From the sequence record NC_023688.1: 64,000 bases of DNA; one strand, given 5' to 3'. Below the pieces are notes generated by a model. That model worked only from the letters and a program-made list of their open reading frames with translations. It made no database searches and was not told the DNA's origin. The position numbers and the translations under genes were made by a program. This document shows, in pieces, positions 1-10,062 of this stretch; position 1 is the first letter of the stretch, and each line of letters starts with the position of its first letter.

Positions 1-2
1 AA

Positions 3-356
3 GTTCCAGTTTCTTGGAACGAAGATAATCCTAACGACCCCAACTTCGGTTTGAACGTAAACGATAAAGACGTAAATGGCAACCCAAGACATTCTGCCGG
101 TAATACTGGTGGATCAACATCAAACACACTCGGTATCACTAATATTCCACCTATTAGCTCAAGCGAAAAGGCACTTATTGTTGATCCTGCTGGTGATGTT
201 TTGGTTGGTGGATGTCAATTTGATCCAGACGACGAGGGTCCTGGATTTAAGCGTTACAGAGAAGATTTGGTTAAAGCGCGTCCGAGTGAGATCGCGTTGC
301 CAGTTAATAACCTGCAACCGTTTATTACGGTTCATATGTGGATAAGGGTTCTATAA
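3..356 (+). CDS. gp10: Baseplate wedge protein gp10, C-terminal part (gene starts before window)
   Basis: Frame is open from the window edge; ends LQPFITVHMWIRVL like the T4 gp10 C-terminus; directly upstream of gp11/gp12. Confidence 0.85.
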   Translation, partial: VPVSWNEDNPNDPNFGLNVNDKDVNGNPRHSAGNTGGSTSNTLGITNIPPISSSEKALIVDPAGDVLVGGCQFDPDDEGPGFKRYREDLVKARPSEIALPVNNLQPFITVHMWIRVL

Positions 357-358
357 AA

Positions 359-1333
359 ATGATCAACATTTATCAACAACCCGCTTCGATTACATTTGCA
401 CAAGGTTCAAGATTTACATTTTCTATCGGTGCAAACACAGATATCGATGATGGTTACGTTACTTATCGCTGGGAGTGGACTGCTCCCGGCACATCAAACT
501 GGGCTGCTATTCAGCATCCCAGTGCCACTCTAATGAGTGTTATTGTTATCCCGTCTATGGCTAACGTATATGGTACAAATGACTTTCGTTGTGTTGTTAC
601 AGAATACGATGCTCTTGGGGTAAAGAAAACTGAATTGATTTCTGCCATCGCAAAAGGCATTAAGTTCGACGGAAGAACCACAGTAGCTAAAACCAAAACG
701 AGTGATGCCGTTCTGATTCGTTCTAGATTGAGTCGTCATTCTGAGTTTGAAATGCATCCGTCACTCGATAACACTTTCTTGAGTGATAATATTGGTCTTG
801 CTACATTGCAAGACTCCGAAGATAATATTACGCATCCGAACGTTCAATCTGCGATTGTTGATCTTGCTGATGGTATGACTATGCCGATTGGCGCGGTTAT
901 TATCGAAAGAAAGAATAACGATCCGAGCGGAAAAGCACAGCAAACAGTATTGCAGTTTGACGGAATCGTTGCTTCTCCTGTCGGTGGAACAGATGCGATC
1001 ATTAGTGCTTTTGGTCGTAGAATTAAAATCGCTGATAAATCAATTGCTGCTCAAGTAAAAGATCAAGTTTTGACTATTCTTGCTGATTATGAGAATGCCG
1101 GTTTATATGTTAAGAACGTTATTTCTGCTTCTGCGACTTCTATTTCATTTGAACATAGAGATCACAAGTCGCATGTTCCTCCTGCGTGGACGCAATGCGG
1201 GATTACAATGACCGGTCTTGTTGCGTCGCCAGCATCAAAGGGATATGGACAATGGCAGAAGTTCGCAGAAACAAATATCACTGGTTTAGACGCCGCCGTT
1301 TCTAAACTGTATTACTGGGAGAGAATTTCGTGA
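359..1333 (+). CDS. gp11: Baseplate wedge protein gp11 with extra N-terminal Ig-like domain
   Basis: C-terminal ~220 aa resemble T4 gp11 (PNVQSAIVD..., KGYGQW...LYYWERIS); ATG 359 follows the gp10 stop. Confidence 0.85.
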   Translation: MINIYQQPASITFAQGSRFTFSIGANTDIDDGYVTYRWEWTAPGTSNWAAIQHPSATLMSVIVIPSMANVYGTNDFRCVVTEYDALGVKKTELISAIAKGIKFDGRTTVAKTKTSDAVLIRSRLSRHSEFEMHPSLDNTFLSDNIGLATLQDSEDNITHPNVQSAIVDLADGMTMPIGAVIIERKNNDPSGKAQQTVLQFDGIVASPVGGTDAIISAFGRRIKIADKSIAAQVKDQVLTILADYENAGLYVKNVISASATSISFEHRDHKSHVPPAWTQCGITMTGLVASPASKGYGQWQKFAETNITGLDAAVSKLYYWERIS

Positions 1334-2640
1334 GAACTAATAATATCACACAACACATTAGCTCTAAAGCGGGGTCGGTTGTATTCGACCCCACTAAAGC
1401 TGCCGCATTCGATAACACAATTACCGATTTGCAAAAACTCGGAGAAAAGATTGACGCTCATGCCACAAAAGCATTGCCAAATGCAACAGAAACCGCAAGT
1501 GGTATTGCTGAATTGGCTACCGTCGATGAAGTTCTTTTGGGAAATGACAAAACAAAAATCGTTACTCCATTTGCTTTGAATCAGAAATGGATTCGTCCAA
1601 ATGCGAGCGATACAATATACGGTCTTGTTCGATATAATACCGTAGCAGAGCGAGAAGAAGCGGCTGCTAAGGTTGACGTCACTGTTAACACAACAACTCT
1701 ATGGGACGTTGTGCGCAACAAGGCCACGTCCTCTGAGTCTAAGCGTGGGTCTGTTAGTCTTTCTACTTTGGTCGCTGCCAAAGCAGGCGTAGACGACACC
1801 ACAGCGATGACACCAGCTAAAGTCAAAGCAGCAATTGACACATTCGCAGTAACTAGCGTTTCTGGAGCTACCGAGAGTGTTACCGGAACAGTTAAAAACT
1901 CGTCGGCTCTTATTACCAACGCCGCATTGCACAATGGGTATGCTGTTACTCCAAAAGGATTTATTGAGACAAGAGCCGCACAGAATCGCGTTGGTACCGT
2001 TAGAATGGCAACACAAGCTGAATCTAATGCTCGAACTGCGACCGACGTAGCTCTTGCGCCAGCGACGCTCCCAATCGCTTCTGACACACAATATGGTATC
2101 ACAGCACTATTGCACAACGCGCAATCGGGTGTAACAAATAAAGCACTGAGCGCACATGGCGCAACTCTGTTTATTAACAGAAATGGCGACACAATGGCCG
2201 GCGATCTTGTTGTTAGAAATATCTATACCGCAAATGGACAAAATGGTCGTGGTGATTCTCTAACCAGAAAGGATTATGTTGACGGGTTAATCAACTCAAG
2301 ATCACCAAATGGGCACGAACATGGAACTCCTAGAGAGACTTGGACGCATTTATGGGCAGGGCCACTCGATAGAGGTAACTTTGCAATCAATCAGCCGTGG
2401 TGGAATTTTGACGCACTCGTTATCGAAGGCTCTCGCGACGGAGGACACGTTTTCTTTACTCGCGAAATCAGTCGTTATCAAATTGAGCGTATGCAAGCCG
2501 CATATCCAAACTGGGATTTGGTAGCAAACGAGGCTTATTATTGGTACGGTAAGTTTGGTGGCGATGGTAAAACCTTCTATGTAACAACAGAAAACTGCTA
2601 TTTGTGGAACATATTCGGGGTGAATAAATATTTCAGCTAA
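1330..2640 (+). CDS. gp12: Short tail fibre gp12
   Basis: MRTNNITQHIS N-terminus, ATETASGIAELAT-type repeats, synteny between gp11 and wac. Confidence 0.9.
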   Translation: MRTNNITQHISSKAGSVVFDPTKAAAFDNTITDLQKLGEKIDAHATKALPNATETASGIAELATVDEVLLGNDKTKIVTPFALNQKWIRPNASDTIYGLVRYNTVAEREEAAAKVDVTVNTTTLWDVVRNKATSSESKRGSVSLSTLVAAKAGVDDTTAMTPAKVKAAIDTFAVTSVSGATESVTGTVKNSSALITNAALHNGYAVTPKGFIETRAAQNRVGTVRMATQAESNARTATDVALAPATLPIASDTQYGITALLHNAQSGVTNKALSAHGATLFINRNGDTMAGDLVVRNIYTANGQNGRGDSLTRKDYVDGLINSRSPNGHEHGTPRETWTHLWAGPLDRGNFAINQPWWNFDALVIEGSRDGGHVFFTREISRYQIERMQAAYPNWDLVANEAYYWYGKFGGDGKTFYVTTENCYLWNIFGVNKYFS

Positions 2641-2643
2641 TTA

Positions 2644-2650
2644 CTAAATA
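2644..2650 (+). promoter_or_regulatory. Late promoter (CTAAATA variant of T4 TATAAATA)
   Basis: Motif ~30 nt upstream of wac; same motif recurs upstream of other structural genes. Confidence 0.7.
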
Positions 2651-2682
2651 ACAGTATTAGCAAATAACTTTAAGGGTGAATA

Positions 2683-5600
2683 ATGGCTATCGAAAAACCT
2701 ACTCAGTCAGTTTTACCGTATGTTGACGGTGTTCCCGCCGTTGGACAAACAAGAATCGACTGGATTCAAAACGGTGAATATACCGACGGTGCTGTTAGTG
2801 CCACCGACAATGGTGGCGCCCTTAACCGAGCTTCGGTTAAGGTACAAAAAAACGTCGAAAAAATTAACGTTGAGTTGAATAAATCAAAAGACTCTCTGGG
2901 AAAAACCATTGATTTGGTTGAAGCTCATGATCGCATTATCAATGCACAAGGCGATGGTACCAATCTATATGATCGCGTTACCGCCGTTGAAAACATCAAT
3001 AAGACTCAACAAGATCGATTGACAAAGATTGAGCAAGATGAAATTACTCATGTTGCCGGTCACGAAGCAATCAACAAGCGTATTACTGAAACTGTCGATC
3101 CACAGATCGTTAATATCAAGAAAATGCTTGGTAACTACAAAGGGTTTAATCAAGACGGAGATCCAGATGTAAATGCACCAGGTCTTGGTGTAAAAGGACA
3201 AGTTGAGCGCAACTGGGAAAACGTAGTAAAACACGAAAATCGTTTGTCAAGTCTTGAGCAATATTGGCAAGGGGATACTCCAGATATTCTTATTCGTAAC
3301 ACAAGAGATCTGCGAGCTGAAATTGGTCCAAGCGCAGAAAAAACCGATAAGACAATTTATCAAAGAGTGAAGACTGCCGAAGATCATGTTGGCGGTGCAA
3401 ATAAACATCTTGGCGATCTGGATATTGCTACTGGCAAAATTGATTTCCCAATCAAATATGTTACTCAGAGCGGTACCGAAGTGACTGTTAATAACATCTG
3501 GGAATATACCAAAGTTGTTCGTGGTGATGTCGGTGCCAATCAGAACATTCTGAATCAAACTGTTAATGACGTAACAGCAAATAAAGCCGATATCAAGAAA
3601 TTGAAAGACGACGGTGTTACTCTTGACTCTCGTCTGGATAACATGGAAACAATTGTTGGACTTCAACCGACTGACGGTATGCGCGGTGATATCAAAGCTC
3701 TTGATCTACGTGAGACAAACAACACAACTCGTCTAGAAGGTTTGGTTAAAACTGTTACTGATACGCTGAACTTGGAAACAACTCCGGCAGTTCGAGATTT
3801 ACAAGAAGATGCCGCAAAGTTGAAACCAGATGTATATGGAACAAACGTCGAAGCTGATCCAGCAGTTACAAAACTTGGCATTAAATCAACTAACAAATCG
3901 ATGTATGAAGAAATGTATATCCCGTTTAAAACCGGTAGTGGATTTATTCTTGATACAGACGATCAAAACGTCGATGCCGCATTCGTTCGTCGCTATGTTG
4001 ATAATAAATGGATCTGGAAAAACTTATTCTCTGATGACTTGGTAATCGGGTCAAACAGAGGACTTCGTAGTTTTGACGGTCAACGCGCAGTTTCATTCAG
4101 TCTTCGTTTGGATAAACCGCCAGTTACTGTTCTTGGTCAAGAAAATACCGACGTAGAGATTCGCGGCAAAGTCAATAATGAAATTGACGTTGCTGGACTG
4201 AAATACGGAACAAAAACGGTAGCTAAGTTCGGTGACGCTCAGGATACATTTGGTAAAGGTGTTCCTGTTAAATTCCTTATCGATGATGCCGCATCATTGA
4301 CAGTTGATTACGCCGGAAAAACTGGTACAGTTGTTCACTCTCTGAATATCAAAGATTTCGTTTCTGATATCGATCCTCGCGTTGGTTTCAGATTGAATCG
4401 TGATAAGAAAATCATGGGAGAAACCGCTGTAGGTGATATCAACATCATTGGTTCTTCTTTCATTGATAAGACCGTTCGAATCTCACAAGACGGCGCGGTT
4501 ACATCAATCGACGGCGAAGTTAATAAGATTCGTCTTGCTATTGATGCGAAATATACCGGTTATACTTTCGGTAATATTCTCGTAAATCAAATCGGTGCGA
4601 CTCGTTATTCAGCTAACGATTATGTCGAGGTTGGTGATACCAAAACCAGAACCGCACTGAGAACAAACGGCGATGATCTGAAATCAATTAAAGTTGTTAG
4701 CGGGACATCAAACACACTATATACCGTGTGGCACGATGGTCTGGATGCACCAAAAGACGATGCTATGTATGCGCGTAAGAATGGTGTTTGGACTGCGTTC
4801 AACGTCGGTGGTGCGGGTGGTGGTTTAGCAGATGATGCACCTAACAATGGACTTCCTCATGTTCGTGTATCAACCAACGGCAACGCTACTTGGGAAGCAT
4901 TGGGATCGAAAGACATCGCAATGAGTTCAAACATGGGTATCAAATTCAATACAACAGATCATGGTCTGGTTTATGCATTGAATCCTATGTCAACTGGTGC
5001 TATCGCAATTGGTTACGACAACAGCAAATCTCCTATTATTTTCAAAGGTCGTTTGCAGACAATGACACTCGGTAACGAACAAGCATTGACTGGTTTGACT
5101 ACATCAGACGAAGCTAGAACAATCGTTAAAGTTGACTTCGAAAATGATATTGTTCTTGGTGACGAAAACACTGCCGTTTATTTTGGACGTCAGCCATTCG
5201 TTGATTTCAACGCGAAGTCTTATCGAGTATGGCACGACGGTATTGATGCGCCGAGTGACGGCGAATATTACGCAAGACGTCAAGGGAACTGGCAGAAAGT
5301 GTTTAATGGCGTGGACCCAGATAGCGACGTAAATACTAAAAAGGCATTTAAATCCAATGACATCAACGTTGGTAGTGCTGAGTTAGTAGGCGTCGATTAT
5401 ATTGTTCATGTCGGACAATCAAATCAATACACCAAAATTGAAGGTAAGGTTCTTGATTTTAAACTGGCACAACCAGTTCAGAACGGACAAACCGCGATTA
5501 CTGGTATGTTGAAAGGTGCCGAAGTAAACGTCATTGCAATCAAAGATAACGTCGCTGGTAACAGTCATGTTGTTTTGGGTGATGCAACAACCGAAGTTCG

Positions 5601-5790
5601 TATTAACTGCGTCGATGCATATGTTAACGGGAACAAAGTTGTTACTTCTGCGTTTGATGTTCCTAAGAATGGAACAAGATACTCACGTAGAAATGGCGCT
5701 TGGGTACAGAGTTATTACTATGGTGACTTTGCTACTAATGCTCCAGCTAACCCGATTGAAGGTGATGTATTCTTTGAGTTTGTAAACTAA
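2683..5790 (+). CDS. wac: Fibritin (neck whisker) Wac, extended form, 1035 aa
   Basis: PYVDGVP...RIDWIQNGE...GALNRASV N-domain, coiled-coil segments, four foldon-like DAP...Y.R..G.W motifs. Confidence 0.9.
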   Translation: MAIEKPTQSVLPYVDGVPAVGQTRIDWIQNGEYTDGAVSATDNGGALNRASVKVQKNVEKINVELNKSKDSLGKTIDLVEAHDRIINAQGDGTNLYDRVTAVENINKTQQDRLTKIEQDEITHVAGHEAINKRITETVDPQIVNIKKMLGNYKGFNQDGDPDVNAPGLGVKGQVERNWENVVKHENRLSSLEQYWQGDTPDILIRNTRDLRAEIGPSAEKTDKTIYQRVKTAEDHVGGANKHLGDLDIATGKIDFPIKYVTQSGTEVTVNNIWEYTKVVRGDVGANQNILNQTVNDVTANKADIKKLKDDGVTLDSRLDNMETIVGLQPTDGMRGDIKALDLRETNNTTRLEGLVKTVTDTLNLETTPAVRDLQEDAAKLKPDVYGTNVEADPAVTKLGIKSTNKSMYEEMYIPFKTGSGFILDTDDQNVDAAFVRRYVDNKWIWKNLFSDDLVIGSNRGLRSFDGQRAVSFSLRLDKPPVTVLGQENTDVEIRGKVNNEIDVAGLKYGTKTVAKFGDAQDTFGKGVPVKFLIDDAASLTVDYAGKTGTVVHSLNIKDFVSDIDPRVGFRLNRDKKIMGETAVGDINIIGSSFIDKTVRISQDGAVTSIDGEVNKIRLAIDAKYTGYTFGNILVNQIGATRYSANDYVEVGDTKTRTALRTNGDDLKSIKVVSGTSNTLYTVWHDGLDAPKDDAMYARKNGVWTAFNVGGAGGGLADDAPNNGLPHVRVSTNGNATWEALGSKDIAMSSNMGIKFNTTDHGLVYALNPMSTGAIAIGYDNSKSPIIFKGRLQTMTLGNEQALTGLTTSDEARTIVKVDFENDIVLGDENTAVYFGRQPFVDFNAKSYRVWHDGIDAPSDGEYYARRQGNWQKVFNGVDPDSDVNTKKAFKSNDINVGSAELVGVDYIVHVGQSNQYTKIEGKVLDFKLAQPVQNGQTAITGMLKGAEVNVIAIKDNVAGNSHVVLGDATTEVRINCVDAYVNGNKVVTSAFDVPKNGTRYSRRNGAWVQSYYYGDFATNAPANPIEGDVFFEFVN

Positions 5791-5799
5791 GGAACAAAC

Positions 5800-7424
5800 A
5801 TGCCAATTAGAGTTGCTGATCAAAATGGGGAGCTGCACTATGCAGCTCCCAAACTTTACAACGGGTATTGGAGAAGCGCGATAGCTTGGGTTTATTCTCA
5901 AGGTGCGTGGCGTATTCTCAAGGTGCGTGGCGTCGAACATATGACCCGAAAGACGAAAACCTTCTTATCAATAGTCGATTCTTGAACGGAACCGATTATT
6001 TCACATACGCCGATGGCAGAGTCATTGGATTTACCCCGCCGGGTTGGAGCGCTTATTCTAACGCTTCTCAAGTTGGTGGAAACGCTTATGCTTATTATTC
6101 AAATAGAGAAGATGAATATAGCAGAGCGTATACATTCAAAGCCGCAAATGGTCGTATGTTCTTTCAAACCAGAATTTATCTGAAAGCTGGCGAGACATAC
6201 AACGCAAGTGCATGGGTTCATTCTATTAATCTACAAGTTGGTAGAAAGTCATTTGACATTTACGTTGATGGTGTTCCTTCTAATAAGCAATCGGATTATA
6301 TTCAAGTCACAAAAGCGTTTCCGACTGTCCCTGAGTTGGTCGCAAATACCAGAGTACAGAGCACATTCAAAGCATTGAAAGATTGTTTGGTGCAGTTTAA
6401 TATTGGTGTCGGCGTTGATTATAATGATAGCGGTGAGATTCAAGTTAGCCAGCCTATGGTAACTAAGTCTGGTGTAATGCTTGCTTATCAGCCAACTCCG
6501 GTCGATGCTAACTATAACGCGATCATCTTGAAAGATTCCTATATGAAACTGAATAAGACTTTGCCACCAATTGCCGGTACAAATCATATCGAATCGAGTA
6601 TTCAGCTAATGGATACGGTATCAGATCGAGTTATGATTATTGGTTACAACAACGATATCTCTACATCTGGTATCGGCGTTGACATCAAGAAAAACACTCT
6701 GTTTGTGATGGCAGAAAACGTCATTACTCATGAGACACCGATTTTAAAAACAATTCCGATCAATCAAGTTTTTGGTGCTGGTATTTGGTATGATGTTTCT
6801 GGTTCTTATATCAAGAACGTCAGACTTCATGCAAACGGAGAATTGATTGCAAAGATAAGTGATACAACTTCTGTTGCTGCTGCTACTAATTTCGTGTTCG
6901 GTAGTAAGCAGTATCCTGTTAAAGGAGTCATTGTTGAGCAGTTCGGGATGTTCGTCAACAACAGAAATCACATTTTCAATATCGAGGAAGGGACTGGAAA
7001 TATTTCTAGCGAAACTCCTTCACCAGATGCGTTGACGGTTGATTTCGGGTCTGACGATACGAAATACGAATGGCTCGGCGCGCTATTGCCGAAGATTACA
7101 ACTCAGCCAGCACAAGAATATACCGGCGGTGCCGGTATGCAGGTTAAACTAACATCCGCTGGTAGTGGTTACGACGCGATAGAGTGGAGAACTCAATATG
7201 GGCCTATCGAGAACTCGAATACGAATAATATCGTTGTAGCAGTCAATGACACATACGATTATAGTCTCGTATACAATGCAGTTTATAAAAATCGATTTGG
7301 TTCAGTTAGTACAATAAAAACAAAAATCTCCGCATTCCCTACTCCTAAAAAGCTACTACAAACGGAGAAAGGAAATCAGTTGGGTACAGAGGACGAAAAA
7401 CTAATCGAAACTCAAAGCCCCTAA
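5800..7424 (+). pseudogene. Frameshifted whisker/collar-associated protein (carbohydrate-binding-like and Ig-like domains); ORFs 5800-5985 and 5868-7424 join into 534 aa if one 20-bp repeat copy is removed
   Basis: Removing 20 nt gives 1605 nt = 535 codons reading ...AWVYSQGAWRRTYDPK...; RBS AAGGA before ATG 5800. Confidence 0.8.
5893..5932 (+). repeat. Perfect 20-bp tandem duplication TATTCTCAAGGTGCGTGGCG x2
   Basis: Seen directly at 5893-5912 and 5913-5932. Confidence 0.98.
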
Positions 7425-7433
7425 GGAGGCTGT

Positions 7434-8039
7434 ATGCCTACAATAAAAATATCTGATCTGCCGAAGACAGACGAATTTACCGGAAATGAGTTCGGCCAAG
7501 TGATACAAAACGGCGAAAATAGAAAAGCTGTGCTGTTGTTTGCCGACTCAAATAATAAGTTCGTCATACCAAAGGGTTATACTGTTCATGCAGAGAATAA
7601 CGATCATCTTGATAACGTTCTTGAGATCGCACCAGATGGAAAATCATTCTTTTTGGGACCAAAATCTGATATGCCTATTATTCAAGCCGATGTTTCTGGT
7701 ATGGTAGTGAAAAACATTACTGTGCCTAATGACACCGGCTATTATGGGATGTCAACTGAGGGACAAAGAAAGAAACTAATTTCTATCGGAAGCGATAATA
7801 GAGTAATGCTTGGTGACGAAAAATCATCTTTGGTATTCACACAAGGGTCCAATCATGAAATTAGTGTTCGTCGTGAATCTCTGCCTGGAAAAGGTGACTG
7901 GTCAGACTATCGTTTGATTGATACCGGTGTTTTTAAAGATTATTTCGAGTTGCACATAGATTCTGTTTATACATCAGGTACTACAGAACCAAATGACGAC
8001 GACGGATATCCAGACGGACATCTTTACATCAAATATTAA
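7434..8039 (+). CDS. Putative fibre/collar accessory protein
   Basis: AGGAGG RBS; N-terminal KISDLP and C-terminal SGTTEP...DGHLYIKY motifs typical of phage fibre proteins. Confidence 0.6.
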   Translation: MPTIKISDLPKTDEFTGNEFGQVIQNGENRKAVLLFADSNNKFVIPKGYTVHAENNDHLDNVLEIAPDGKSFFLGPKSDMPIIQADVSGMVVKNITVPNDTGYYGMSTEGQRKKLISIGSDNRVMLGDEKSSLVFTQGSNHEISVRRESLPGKGDWSDYRLIDTGVFKDYFELHIDSVYTSGTTEPNDDDGYPDGHLYIKY

Positions 8040-8042
8040 TAA

Positions 8043-8060
8043 CGGCGGGGAAACCCGCCG
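8043..8060 (+). terminator. GC hairpin CGGCGGG-GAAA-CCCGCCG
   Basis: 7-bp stem with GNRA loop right after the stop at 8039; weak U tail. Confidence 0.55.
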
Positions 8061-8078
8061 ATTTGGAGGGCGACAAAC

Positions 8079-8228
8079 TTGTTCATCAAGATAAATAACA
8101 AACAGACACCTTGCGAGGTTCGTCTTAAAGTAAATAGGGCTTATAAGCAAGGAATAGCTTATATCAAGATAAATGGGAAGTATCAGCCGGTTAGCTCCGC
8201 TAACACGGATATAAAAATCAAACCATAA
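8079..8228 (+). CDS. Small 49-aa protein MFIKINNKQ...YIKINGKYQPV..., not in ORF track
   Basis: TTG start with GGAGG RBS; fills the gap between neighbours; repeated xKING/KVN motif like fibre-tip accessory proteins. Confidence 0.7.
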   Translation: MFIKINNKQTPCEVRLKVNRAYKQGIAYIKINGKYQPVSSANTDIKIKP

Positions 8229-8238
8229 GGATTTAAAA

Positions 8239-8436
8239 ATGCAAGCAATTATTTTGTTCATGCTTAAAAGAATCGGGACCGAAGTTTTGATGCAAATGTT
8301 GAAACAGTTGGTGAAAATTCTGGAAAAACGTATTGACAACAACTTCGGTTCAGAGGACGTTGATGCAATCGAGAAACGTGTTGACGTCGCAAAAGATCCT
8401 TTTGCTGCACCAATTTCACACCCCGGTAAAGAGTAA
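8239..8436 (+). CDS. Hypothetical 65-aa protein
   Basis: AAGGA RBS; co-oriented and fills the gap before gp13. Confidence 0.7.
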   Translation: MQAIILFMLKRIGTEVLMQMLKQLVKILEKRIDNNFGSEDVDAIEKRVDVAKDPFAAPISHPGKE

Positions 8437-8450
8437 GGAGAGACACCAAG

Positions 8451-9374
8451 ATGATGTCAAATAACTTTGTTAGAAATCCAAGAGAGTTGAAAGATCTTAT
8501 TCTGCGTCGTCTTGGTGCGCCTGTTATTCAAGTTGAAGTAACCGAGGATCAGATTTATGATTGCATCGGTCGCGCACTTGAACTATATAAAGAATATCAC
8601 TATGATGGCTTGAATAAAGCTTACATCACGGTTAAACTAACAGCAGAACAAGCAGCAACTGGATATATTGATGTATCTGCTTATCCTATTTTCGCTATTA
8701 CCAAGATCATTCGTCAAAAGTCTATGCTTTGGGGTGGACTCGGTGGTGGCGCAACTTTGAACTTTTTCACCGACTTTCTAACTACCTTAGGCGGTGGACC
8801 ACAAGGGATTAGTTATCATGGCCCATTCGGGGCTCTTGGTAATATTGGGTTCTTTGCACAGTTTCAAAGTTATCAAAACTTGATGATGGACCAGCTTGAC
8901 CCGCTGCCTGACTACTGGCTAGACCCAGTTAATGGGATTGTTCAGATCACTGGTAAGAATTTCATGGAGAACGATTTAATCATCATGGAAGTTCATGTTC
9001 AGAACTTTGTCGAGATTGAACGTTCTGTTCGTGGTATTGCGGGTGCTGGAATCGTCGCTGGCGGTTCAACAACTGCGAACGATAAAGACAAATGGCTTAA
9101 CCCATACGCTAGAATGCCGGCAAACGTCGCAGGGCAGGCTAGGAGCGAGTTCCCAGATCAGGGCGTATACAACATCAGATGGACTAAGGACTACGCCACA
9201 ACTCTTACCAAAGAGATTTGGGGAGAGATATTGGCTAAACATCAAGGGATGCAATTGCCGGGTGGTGTTACTGTTGATGGCACCAGACTGATCGAAGAAG
9301 CAAGACAAGAAAAAGAAGTATTGAGACAGGAGCTTATGCTTTTGGAAGAGCCACTTGGCGTATATATGGGTTAA
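8451..9374 (+). CDS. gp13: Neck protein gp13
   Basis: NPRELKDLILRRLGAPVIQVEVTEDQIYDCI and KHQGMQLPGGVTVDG motifs. Confidence 0.95.
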   Translation: MMSNNFVRNPRELKDLILRRLGAPVIQVEVTEDQIYDCIGRALELYKEYHYDGLNKAYITVKLTAEQAATGYIDVSAYPIFAITKIIRQKSMLWGGLGGGATLNFFTDFLTTLGGGPQGISYHGPFGALGNIGFFAQFQSYQNLMMDQLDPLPDYWLDPVNGIVQITGKNFMENDLIIMEVHVQNFVEIERSVRGIAGAGIVAGGSTTANDKDKWLNPYARMPANVAGQARSEFPDQGVYNIRWTKDYATTLTKEIWGEILAKHQGMQLPGGVTVDGTRLIEEARQEKEVLRQELMLLEEPLGVYMG

Positions 9375-9378
9375 TCAA

Positions 9379-10062
9379 ATGAATCATTATTTGTATGAAA
9401 TAAAAAACGTAATAAACAACATGATCTATGTGGGCATTCGCACTTGCAAGTGCCCAATAGAAAATGACCCGTATATGGGTAGTGGTGTCAGAATAAAATA
9501 TGCTATTTCAAAATATGGCATAGAAAACTTTGAGAAGCGTGTTATTGCGACATATGACACACGAAATGATCTGGAGTGTGCAGAACGAGAATATGTTAAC
9601 TTGAAGTTCGTTCTAAGAGAAGATACTTATAATATCGCCGTTGGAGGAAAGGGTGGTGATATGTGGTCCGGGCAGACCTCTTTGAAGATAAGAGAAAAAC
9701 ATAAACAGGCTTGTATATTGACTAATACTTCGGAAGAATTTAGAAAGAAAGTATCGGATGGAGCAAAAAGAAGATTTTCAAATGATGAACAAAGAGCGCA
9801 TCTATCGAAAATGGCAAAACTACAATTTTCCGATCCAGAAAAGAGAGCTAGATACGACGCTGAGTTGAAGAACAGAAAATTCACAGATAGTTGGATAGAG
9901 AACGTCGTGGCAGTAAAGCAGACGCCAGAATATAAACAAAAGAGATCTGAAATTGCTACAAATTGGCCAGTATTAGAGTGTCCCGTTTGTGGAAAAATGA
10001 TAAAGAGTCAAGGAAATTATACTCAACATATCAACAAACACAAACGAAACGGAGAGTTATGA
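9379..10062 (+). mobile_element. Free-standing GIY-YIG (Seg-like) homing endonuclease
   Basis: YLYEIKNVINNMIYVG...YMGSG...YGIENFEK...YNIAVGG, basic helical repeats, C-terminal C2H2-like finger; lies between gp13 and gp14. Confidence 0.88.

Noticed and set aside
4744-5710. Foldon repeats as a nucleotide repeat array or CRISPR-like structure
   Set aside because: Similarity is at protein level only, with irregular spacing inside a CDS
9963-10058. ORF-track N-terminal extension of gp14 (also gp11 338, gp17 12960, rnlB 31664, 36779-37300)
   Set aside because: Better RBS-linked starts lie downstream, and the extensions overlap other genes
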